Shown one piece after another: positions 1 to 4,841 of a stretch of DNA of 4,841 nt; position 1 is the stretch's first letter; each line of letters starts with the position of its first letter. Where the stretch lies: IMG/VR virus record IMGVR_UViG_2802429251_000006. One strand, 5' to 3'. Both the position numbers and the translations under genes were made by a program. The notes below the pieces were generated by a model. That model searched no databases and had not been told where the DNA came from. It was given only the letters and a program-made list of their open reading frames with translations. Origin of the DNA: a virus (Duplodnaviria > Heunggongvirae > Uroviricota > Caudoviricetes).

Positions 1-125
1 CCACGGGAATATCTGCGACAGCGGACCAGTAATGGGTTAAGTGATAACAGGTGTCTGGAAATATAGGGGCAAATCCATTGTGTAAATGTTAACAAATGTG
101 CGTTTTATTTGATCTGATTCGCTGT

Positions 126-155
126 TTGAGCGTCCAAAACAACGGTATATATAAT
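126..155 (+). promoter_or_regulatory. Candidate sigma70 promoter for the lipoprotein moron (TTGAGC, 18-bp spacer, TATAAT)
   Basis: Seen in sequence: TTGAGC at 126-131 and a perfect TATAAT at 150-155, about 30 nt upstream of the ATG at 185; GAGGA Shine-Dalgarno at 177-181. Hexamer match only; no transcript data. Confidence 0.35.
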
Positions 156-184
156 CCTTTACTATATGACATATGTGAGGAAAA

Positions 185-613
185 ATGGGTTTTCGTAGCG
201 CATCAATTCTTACGTTGATTATTAGTGGGATTATTATCGGGTGCACTGATGCTGTATCGACAAATTATCATGACCGTACATCATATTACTCCGATAAAGC
301 AATAGAGACACAGTATGTGAGTTCATCTGAACGTACTTCTGATGTTAGTGAGGATATCCGTCTGTATGCCCATCAAATCAAGAGCGCCATCGAAAAACAG
401 TTCGGGGATGCGAGTAAGTATTCAGGAAAAGAGTGTACACTGAGAATGCATATGGCCCCGAATGGCCTTCTACTGGAGGTTAAAAGAGAAAGTGGAGACC
501 TCGATTTATGTCGTGAAGCGATGAATGCGATAAAGAATGCTGATATACCTGCCCCCCCTTCGCCGGAAGTATATAAAGTATTTCAAAATGGGGTGCTGGA
601 TTTTAAACCCTGA
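185..613 (+). CDS. Lipoprotein with TolA domain III-like C-terminal domain (142 aa)
   Basis: N-terminal signal peptide MGFRSASILTLIISGIIIGC with lipobox IIGC. The C-terminal ~85 aa (YAHQIKSAIEKQFGDASKYSGKECTLRMHMAPNGLLLEVK...PAPPSPEVYKVFQNGVLDFKP) aligns nearly motif for motif with my recollection of the E. coli TolA C-terminus (YAGQIKSAIESKFYDASSYAGKTCTLRIKLAPDGMLLDIK...PKPPSQAVYEVFKNAPLDFKP). SD GAGGA 4 nt upstream of the ATG. Confidence 0.8.
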   Translation: MGFRSASILTLIISGIIIGCTDAVSTNYHDRTSYYSDKAIETQYVSSSERTSDVSEDIRLYAHQIKSAIEKQFGDASKYSGKECTLRMHMAPNGLLLEVKRESGDLDLCREAMNAIKNADIPAPPSPEVYKVFQNGVLDFKP

Positions 614-763
614 TATTTATTGTTTTGTAATAAACGGTTTCGGCTTAGGTTTGTTCTGACACAACTACGGCACTGAGCTAAATCTAGCGGATAGTCAGCT
701 CTGAGCCAGTGGCGGACGTAACAACTACTATTGCTGAGATTTTAATGGATTGAGGAGCAAGAA

Positions 764-1159
764 GTGGGATTAAAGAAAATCGTTATGTTGACTTTTTGGG
801 TCAGTTTTGTTGCGGGATGCACACCTTTACACCCTTCAGATTGCCACAAAACTACTGCTACAGGTAGTTGCAGTTCAGGACGCTGGGATGATCAGGATGA
901 ATGGGGGGCGCAAGCGCGGGGAATCAGAGCTGCAATTAATGCCAAACTTGATGAGCCGCATAACTGGAAAGGGAAAAAATGCAGGTTGCATATGGAATTC
1001 TCTCAGGATGGCACGGCGTTAAAAATATCTACCAGTAACGGTGATAAAGCCTATTGCGAAGCGATAAAGTCCGCAGCTCATAAAGCCAAATTTCCGGCCT
1101 TCAACAATCCGGAAGTCTACAGAGATTTTCAGAAATCTGGCTTTGACATGCGAGGTTAG
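764..1159 (+). CDS. Second, diverged lipoprotein with TolA domain III-like C-terminal domain (131 aa, GTG start)
   Basis: GTG start at 764 preceded by GAGGAG (752-757) with a 6-nt spacer. Signal peptide MGLKKIVMLTFWVSFVAGC with lipobox VAGC. The C-terminal region keeps the TolA-III spacing pattern (KKCRLHMEFSQDGTALKI...GDKAYCEAIKSAA...FPAFNNPEVYRDFQ) but is more diverged than the upstream paralog. Confidence 0.7.
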   Translation: MGLKKIVMLTFWVSFVAGCTPLHPSDCHKTTATGSCSSGRWDDQDEWGAQARGIRAAINAKLDEPHNWKGKKCRLHMEFSQDGTALKISTSNGDKAYCEAIKSAAHKAKFPAFNNPEVYRDFQKSGFDMRG

Positions 1160-1284
1160 CTCTTCAATTACTATATCTCATTCATAGCAAACTGACAGAT
1201 TTGATGATGTTCTATATACGAAACCTGTGATGTCAAGTCTGAGCTAATACAAATAAACATAATATCAGAGAAATACATTTTATT

Positions 1285-1306
1285 AGCTCGCTACGGCGAG
1301 CTTTTT
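1285..1306 (+). terminator. Rho-independent terminator (7-bp GC-rich stem, 4-nt loop, T-run)
   Basis: AGCTCGC (1285-1291), loop TACG, GCGAGCT (1296-1302), followed by TTTT (1303-1306). The reverse orientation has no T-tract, so it is unidirectional on +. Confidence 0.6.
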
Positions 1307-1410
1307 ATATTGCATCGTCTCCAGCATATATATCAATTAAGGCTCTGATTGATGTGTCTGGAAGCCTACACATAATAACTATGCCATCCGTTCCGTGCGG
1401 AGGTGAGGCT

Positions 1411-1626
1411 ATGAAATCCATGGACAAAATTTCAACAGGCATTGCCTACGGCACCTCCGCAGGCAGTGCTGGCTACTGGTTTTTACAGCTGCTCGATAAA
1501 GTCACGCCCTCACAGTGGGCAGCAATAGGTGTGCTGGGTAGCCTGGTATTTGGCCTGCTGACGTACCTGACAAACCTTTATTTCAAGATTAAAGAAGACA
1601 AGCGTAAGGCTGCACGGGGAGAGTAA
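1411..1626 (+). CDS. S: Class II pinholin, phage 21 S21-type, with dual-start motif (71-aa antiholin from ATG 1411, 68-aa holin from ATG 1420)
   Basis: Translation [71 protein letters not shown] matches my recollection of S21 closely: Met1-Lys2-Ser3-Met4 dual start, Gly/Ala/Ser-rich SAR-like TMD1, hydrophobic TMD2, basic C-terminal tail. GGAGG at 1399-1403 sits 7 nt before the ATG at 1411. The track ORF starting at 1354 is an in-frame extension with no RBS. Confidence 0.9.
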   Translation: MKSMDKISTGIAYGTSAGSAGYWFLQLLDKVTPSQWAAIGVLGSLVFGLLTYLTNLYFKIKEDKRKAARGE

Positions 1627-1630
1627 TTCA

Positions 1631-1975
1631 ATGACTCAAAAATATGAACTGATTGTGAAAGGGATCCGCAATTTTGAGAATAAAGTTACGGTAACTTTAG
1701 CGTTACGGGACAAAGAACGCTTTGACGGTGAAATTTTTGACCTGGACATCTCGCTGGACCGTGTTGAAGGTGCCGCGCTGGAGTTTTATGAGGCAGCAGC
1801 CAGAAGGAGCATCAGACAGGTCTTCCTGGATGTTGCTGCCGGGTTATGTGAAGGGGATGAGCTGTCGCCGGAAAAGCGCCCCATAATTTTAGAGGCGCAG
1901 AATGTGTGGATAACCTACAAAGGAAAGCTACCGGGAAGAATTACTGGTTCTCTGAAGACTCCGCCGAAATGGTAA
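1631..1975 (+). CDS. ydfR: DUF1327-family protein (YdfR-like), conserved between holin and endolysin in Qin-type cassettes
   Basis: Translation MTQKYELIVKGIRNFENKVTVTLALRDKERFDGEIFDLDISLDRVEGAALEFYEAAARRS... resembles, as recalled, YdfR of the E. coli K-12 Qin prophage, which also lies between essQ and rrrQ. GGGGAG SD 7-8 nt upstream; starts 4 nt after the holin stop. Family assignment is from memory. Confidence 0.75.
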   Translation: MTQKYELIVKGIRNFENKVTVTLALRDKERFDGEIFDLDISLDRVEGAALEFYEAAARRSIRQVFLDVAAGLCEGDELSPEKRPIILEAQNVWITYKGKLPGRITGSLKTPPKW

Positions 1976-2213
1976 TTTCACCAGCATATTTTTCTTCCAG
2001 TAATACCGCCAGCCACTTGAAAGAATTTTGTTGTTGCTGGGACCATTTGGGGTTGAGTGATTCAAGCTGGAGCGATGCCAGTGTTGGTTGCATTTGTTCC
2101 TTGGGAATTGAGAATGCCAGATATGAAAATGCGACAGTAAGGGCATTTACATCATCCCGAAGCTTGGAAATGCAGTCGAGCAACTCCTGTAGAGAAATGG
2201 TGCTATTGTCCAT
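1941..2213 (-). CDS. Hypothetical small protein (90 aa) encoded antisense in the gap between the DUF1327 gene and the endolysin
   Basis: Minus-strand ORF with ATG at 2213 preceded by GAGAGG and a 7-nt spacer (an ideal SD). Translation MDNSTISLQELLDCISKLRDDVNALTVAFSYLAFSIPKEQMQPTLASLQLE... has a protein-like composition, whereas the same-region + strand ORF (1906-2238) is Cys/Ser-rich and looks like antisense noise. Its 3' end overlaps the last 35 nt of the DUF1327 gene. No homolog recognised. Confidence 0.3.
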   Translation of the reverse strand: MDNSTISLQELLDCISKLRDDVNALTVAFSYLAFSIPKEQMQPTLASLQLESLNPKWSQQQQNSFKWLAVLLEEKYAGEITISAESSENQ

Positions 2214-2318
2214 AAACAATCCTCTCTATTGTATTTAACTATTCCTTGCCTGATTCAACAGGCCGGGACAGATAAACATATCCAGGGTTCAGAAACCGAT
2301 AAATCCTGATAAATATCC

Positions 2319-2861
2319 ATGAACGTAAAAATCAGATACGGCCTGTCGGCTGCCGTTCTGGCACTGATTGCCGTCGGTGCGCCTGCGCCTGATATTCTCG
2401 ACCAGTTTCTGAATGAAAAAGAAGGTAACCACACAACGGCATACCGCGATGGTTCCGGCATCTGGACCATCTGTCGGGGTGCCACGGTGGTGGATGGAAA
2501 ACCCGTTTTTCCCGGTATGAAACTGTCGAAGGAAAAATGCGACCAGGTTAACGCCATTGAACGGGATAAGGCGCTGGCATGGGTGGAGCGCAATATTAAA
2601 GTGCCACTGACCGAACCACAGAAAGCGGGTATAGCGTCATTTTGTCCCTATAACATTGGCCCCGGTAAGTGTTTCCCGTCGACGTTTTATAAGCGGCTGA
2701 ATGCCGATGATCGTAAGGGGGCATGCGAGGCGATTCGCTGGTGGATAAAAGATGGTGGGCGTGATTGCCGCCTGACAAAAGGGCAGAAGAATGGCTGTTA
2801 TGGGCAGGTCGAGCGGCGCGATCAGGAAAGCGCACTGGCGTGCTGGGGGCTGGAGCAATGA
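2319..2861 (+). CDS. R: SAR endolysin (phage 21 R / RrrQ-type lysozyme, T4-lysozyme-like glycoside hydrolase)
   Basis: 180-aa translation begins MNVKIRYGLSAAVLALIAVGAPAPDIL, a weakly hydrophobic Gly/Ala-rich signal-anchor-release domain, then the catalytic triad E35-x8-D44-x5-T50 (EGNHTTAYRDGSGIWT). Overall it resembles the Qin/phage 21 lysozymes as recalled. The stop overlaps the Rz start (ATGA at 2858-2861). Confidence 0.92.
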   Translation: MNVKIRYGLSAAVLALIAVGAPAPDILDQFLNEKEGNHTTAYRDGSGIWTICRGATVVDGKPVFPGMKLSKEKCDQVNAIERDKALAWVERNIKVPLTEPQKAGIASFCPYNIGPGKCFPSTFYKRLNADDRKGACEAIRWWIKDGGRDCRLTKGQKNGCYGQVERRDQESALACWGLEQ

Positions 2862-3394
2862 AAATTAATCCGGATCTTATAGGCGTTGTCGTTATTGCTG
2901 GCCTTTCGGTCGCTCTCGTCAAGAGTTGCTCTCACGCCAGTAATCTTCAGAGCGATAACGACGTTCTGCGAAGTGACAACTCTATGCTGGGGCAGGTAAT
3001 CGCCACCCAGGCATTCAACTTCAATCGATTCAATCAGGTTGCAGAACATGCCAACAGTCTTAACTCCCTGATCGACACCAGCACCGAAAAAACCGTAATC
3101 GAATACCGGGAGATTCTCCGCCGTGAAAAAACCTGTGATCTGCCTGTTCCTGCTGATATCGCTGGTGGGTTGCTCGAATACACGTACCGTTTACGTGCCA
3201 GCGCCATGCACACCGATACCGGCAGACCTAATGAAGCCTATGATCGTACCGCTACCACCAGCTCAATGACCTACTGCCAAGCTGTCTTGTGGATTAAGCC
3301 GCTACTGGCGTTGATAGAAAAAGGAAATAATAATTTTTCGAGTATTCGTGAAATTGATGAGTTGCGTTACAGACCATCTGAGCATGGCCAGTAA
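2858..3394 (+). CDS. Rz: i-spanin Rz (178 aa, type II inner-membrane protein)
   Basis: ATG at 2858 overlaps the endolysin stop. N-terminal TMD LIGVVVIAGLSVALV, then a periplasmic domain of the expected size. A classic Rz1 lipoprotein is embedded in its +1 frame. The track ORF from 2765 is an upstream in-frame extension across the endolysin 3' end. Confidence 0.8.
   Translation: MKINPDLIGVVVIAGLSVALVKSCSHASNLQSDNDVLRSDNSMLGQVIATQAFNFNRFNQVAEHANSLNSLIDTSTEKTVIEYREILRREKTCDLPVPADIAGGLLEYTYRLRASAMHTDTGRPNEAYDRTATTSSMTYCQAVLWIKPLLALIEKGNNNFSSIREIDELRYRPSEHGQ
3123..3269 (+). CDS. Rz1: o-spanin Rz1 (48 aa proline-rich outer-membrane lipoprotein, fully embedded in the +1 frame of Rz; GTG start)
   Basis: Hand translation of the +1 frame: (M/V)KKPVICLFLLISLVGCSNTRTVYVPAPCTPIPADLMKPMIVPLPPAQ*. 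Signal peptide with lipobox LVGC; mature region has 8 Pro in 32 residues and a second Cys. GGGAG at 3108-3112 lies 10 nt upstream of the GTG. The frame opens at 3099 with no in-frame ATG before the hydrophobic core, so GTG 3123 is the likely start. Too short to appear in the supplied ORF track. Confidence 0.75.
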   Translation: MKKPVICLFLLISLVGCSNTRTVYVPAPCTPIPADLMKPMIVPLPPAQ

Positions 3395-3469
3395 GGTTGC
3401 AGGAAATTTAAAATCTGGCGATGAAATTTAATATTAGAAATTCATTGCCTAGTGAGATTAATAATGGGC

Positions 3470-3511
3470 ATCCCTTTGTGACGATAAGCTTTAACACATT
3501 CACAAAGGGAT
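3470..3511. repeat. Perfect 12-bp inverted repeat (ATCCCTTTGTGA / TCACAAAGGGAT) with 18-nt spacer between convergent genes; candidate bidirectional terminator or protein-binding site
   Basis: Arms at 3470-3481 and 3500-3511 are exact reverse complements. The spacer contains the palindrome AAGCTT. Flanking T-tracts are weak, so intrinsic-terminator function is uncertain. Confidence 0.35.
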
Positions 3512-3562
3512 ATTTAATATAGGGTGGTTAATTCCCACTTGCTGTGGTGTTTAGGGGGTAAT

Positions 3563-4255
3563 TCAAATCTTATCTAACTCATTATAGGCTTCGATAATAA
3601 AAATTCTGATTTTAATAAGGCATGATTCAATGAAAGGAATTACTTCATGGTCATTCCCATGGAATCTTATTTTTTTCTCTTCGGTAATGACTATGTTTAA
3701 AGGTACACCATTACCACTTCTTTGTAATTTCCCATTTTCGAAAGTAAAGTCTTCTAATTTTTTGCCATTGATGTGGTTGTTTTTAAAGAGAATTTTTGCT
3801 GAGCTTCCTGCTGTGATTAAACCAAAACCATCTACGCTCACACTTAGGTCTTTAACAGAACTCTCTTCTCTTAAGGGGATTGGTTGTCTGTGCTTTACTT
3901 CATTAGTGAGATTACACATCATTTCCAACCAAGATTCGCCAGTGTGATAATCCTGTATAGAAGTAAAAATTTTATATAATGGAGAAGATGATGGTGGGTT
4001 TATTTTTAGCGTCTTTGAGAAAAATTTATCAATAAACTCTTTTTTTCCGTAAGGGAAATATATTTTGGGGCGCTCATCATTACTGCGTGGAGAAATATAT
4101 TTATCATAGGTATCATTAGCGAGATACTCTAAGGAACTTCGTAAGTTTTCCAAAATAGCTTTGACTTTTACAGGCTTGATATGCTGTGTCTGTCTCATTA
4201 TGTCAAGACTTTCTTCAACTTCTTGCAATAAGTCCAACGAGCCTTCTCTAGACAT
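3563..4255 (-). CDS. Hypothetical 230-aa cytoplasmic protein; AT-rich cargo (moron) gene convergent on the lysis cassette
   Basis: Minus-strand ORF with ATG at 4253-4255 preceded by a strong AAGGAG SD (10-nt spacer). Translation MSREGSLDLLQEVEESLDIMRQTQHIKPVKVKAILENLRSSLEYLANDTYDKY... has no signal peptide or TMD. GC content is clearly lower (roughly mid-30s percent by eye) than in the adjacent lysis genes (about 50 percent). No family recognised. Confidence 0.75.
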   Translation of the reverse strand: MSREGSLDLLQEVEESLDIMRQTQHIKPVKVKAILENLRSSLEYLANDTYDKYISPRSNDERPKIYFPYGKKEFIDKFFSKTLKINPPSSSPLYKIFTSIQDYHTGESWLEMMCNLTNEVKHRQPIPLREESSVKDLSVSVDGFGLITAGSSAKILFKNNHINGKKLEDFTFENGKLQRSGNGVPLNIVITEEKKIRFHGNDHEVIPFIESCLIKIRIFIIEAYNELDKI

Positions 4256-4350
4256 ACAGGTAATTCTCCTTTATGAATTTTCAACATGTTATAACTAATA
4301 ATATATTTATCATATAACTGTATGAATAAATTGTGAGATTAGTAATGCAA
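4256..4350 (-). promoter_or_regulatory. AT-rich upstream region likely holding the cargo gene's own promoter (hexamers not confidently assigned)
   Basis: About 95 nt of greater than 75 percent A+T immediately upstream of the minus-strand ATG, with several TATAAT-like and TTGNNN-like hexamers on the minus strand (e.g. TTGCAT, TATAAC). Position-based inference only. Confidence 0.25.
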
Positions 4351-4610
4351 GTTTCTATCCATAGTGTTCTCTAAGTACCCGCTTCCATCATGTTGTTACG
4401 GACGGTATGGCTAAAACAAAGCACCTGAAGTTAAACGTTCTGAACTTTATGCTCGTTGAGCATATGAATTATCTGTAACCCGATGCGCTGGTTGTGGTTC
4501 ACATTGATGGTCGTAATCAGCAGCGGTGGTGCCTGATGGCATGCAACTTCTTACTTATAAAACTTCGTATGGAATTGTTGCCATAACGAGCCCAGCTTAG
4601 CAGTTTTTAA

Positions 4611-4722
4611 TGGGTCCTCCCGGCAGTGTGTCCTGCCACGGGGCGGGAGCGTCGCGGAAAAAGGCTAGTTTTTGAAATTTCATTCGTCATCACCACTACT
4701 GTAATGTATTGATATTACAGTG
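4611..4722. other. Candidate lambda-like cohesive end site (cosQ-cosN-cosB)
   Basis: TGGGTCCTCCCGGCAGTGTGTCCTGCCACG-GGGCGGGAGCGT-CGCGGAAAAAGG...TTCGTCAT resembles, from memory, lambda cos (ACGGGTCCTTTCCGGTGATCCGACAGGTTACG-GGGCGGCGACCT-CGCGGGTTTTCGC...TTCGTCAT): shared GGGTCCT, ACGGGGCGG, CGCGG and TTCGTCAT blocks at the same spacing. It lies about 175 nt upstream of the next gene start, as in lambda. Not verified by alignment. Confidence 0.45.
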
Positions 4723-4826
4723 GTTTTATTTTTGTGGTGTCGATTTTGATTGTTTTTTGTTCATCACTAACACCGTTTGCCTAAAGTTGTTCGCAAGATG
4801 CATGTTTAAAACATTCTGGAGCGGGT

Positions 4827-4841
4827 ATGGATCGAGAGTTA
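4827..4841 (+). CDS. Probable 5' end of terminase small-subunit gene (truncated by the window; first 5 codons only)
   Basis: ATG at 4827 with GGAG 5 nt upstream (4818-4821), about 175 nt downstream of the putative cosN, mirroring the lambda cos-nu1 layout. Only MDREL is visible, so the call rests on position. Confidence 0.25.

Noticed and set aside
1-66. Possible 3' end of an upstream gene (frame-1 open to a TAG at 64-66)
   Set aside because: Only about 21 codons with no start in the window and no recognisable motif; cannot be supported from this sequence alone.
37-246. 69-aa minus-strand ORF overlapping the moron promoter and the start of the first lipoprotein gene
   Set aside because: No convincing RBS, hydrophobic low-complexity translation, and it is antisense to a well-supported promoter and CDS start; most likely a chance ORF in AT-rich DNA.
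614-763. Possible tRNA genes or a direct repeat (ACAACTAC at 661-668 and 721-728) between the two lipoprotein genes
   Set aside because: Stx-type phages carry tRNAs in the analogous slot, but I could not trace a cloverleaf with conserved T-loop or D-loop features here. The 8-bp direct repeat is too short to distinguish from chance.
807-1022. 71-aa + strand ORF in an alternative frame inside the second lipoprotein gene
   Set aside because: Fully nested in a CDS with lipobox and TolA-like homology; Arg-rich translation typical of an off-frame read.
1354-1410. N-terminal extension of the holin ORF ([19 protein letters not shown]) from the first in-frame ATG
   Set aside because: No SD before 1354, whereas GGAGG precedes ATG 1411; the known S21-type protein starts at the MKSM dual-start motif.
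1906-2238. 110-aa + strand ORF spanning the gap between the DUF1327 gene and the endolysin
   Set aside because: Cys/Ser-rich, low-complexity translation (CCC, SSS runs) with no RBS; looks like the antisense shadow of the minus-strand ORF 1941-2213. The other minus-strand ORF 1928-2146 is likewise an off-frame overlap.
2765-2857. Upstream in-frame extension of Rz (MPPDKRAEEWLL...) overlapping the endolysin 3' end
   Set aside because: Rz family proteins begin at the N-terminal TMD; the ATG at 2858 overlaps the endolysin stop in the classic ATGA coupling arrangement. The extension would add a charged leader inconsistent with a type II signal anchor.
2255-3049. Four minus-strand ORFs (2255-2593, 2596-2922, 2637-2858, 2822-3049) antisense to the endolysin and Rz
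   Set aside because: They overlap + strand genes with strong homology and motif support; translations are Ser/Arg/Pro-rich antisense noise typical of GC-richer coding DNA.
3630-3947. 105-aa + strand ORF inside the AT-rich region
   Set aside because: Nested antisense within the minus-strand 230-aa gene, which has a strong SD and protein-like composition; the + frame is Phe/Leu-rich, as expected when reading AT-rich DNA antisense.
4380-4610. Short ORFs (about 23-32 aa on either strand) in the region between the cargo gene and cos
   Set aside because: No good RBS or recognisable features; the region is better explained as non-coding DNA flanking cos, as in lambda.
1-4841. CRISPR arrays, rRNA, or insertion-sequence terminal inverted repeats
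   Set aside because: No regularly spaced direct repeats, no rRNA-like conserved blocks, and no transposase-like ORF; the only inverted repeats are the short hairpins reported above.

Overview
This window reads as the late region of a lambdoid prophage of the phage 21 / Qin type. In order (+ strand unless noted): (i) a moron unit with a candidate sigma70 promoter, two tandem lipoprotein genes whose C-termini resemble TolA domain III, and an intrinsic terminator; (ii) a complete pinholin / SAR-endolysin lysis cassette: dual-start S21-type pinholin, a DUF1327 (YdfR-like) gene, a signal-anchor-release lysozyme with the E-x8-D-x5-T catalytic triad, an i-spanin Rz, and an o-spanin Rz1 lipoprotein embedded in the +1 frame of Rz (not in the supplied ORF track); (iii) a strongly AT-rich 230-aa gene on the minus strand, convergent on Rz, in the slot where lambda carries bor; (iv) a lambda-like cos site followed by the first codons of a probable terminase small-subunit gene. 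The candidates for something undescribed are the AT-rich minus-strand cargo gene, the tandem TolA-III-like lipoproteins, and a small antisense ORF with a good ribosome-binding site between the DUF1327 gene and the endolysin. All homology statements are from reading the translations and recalling reference sequences; no database search was run.
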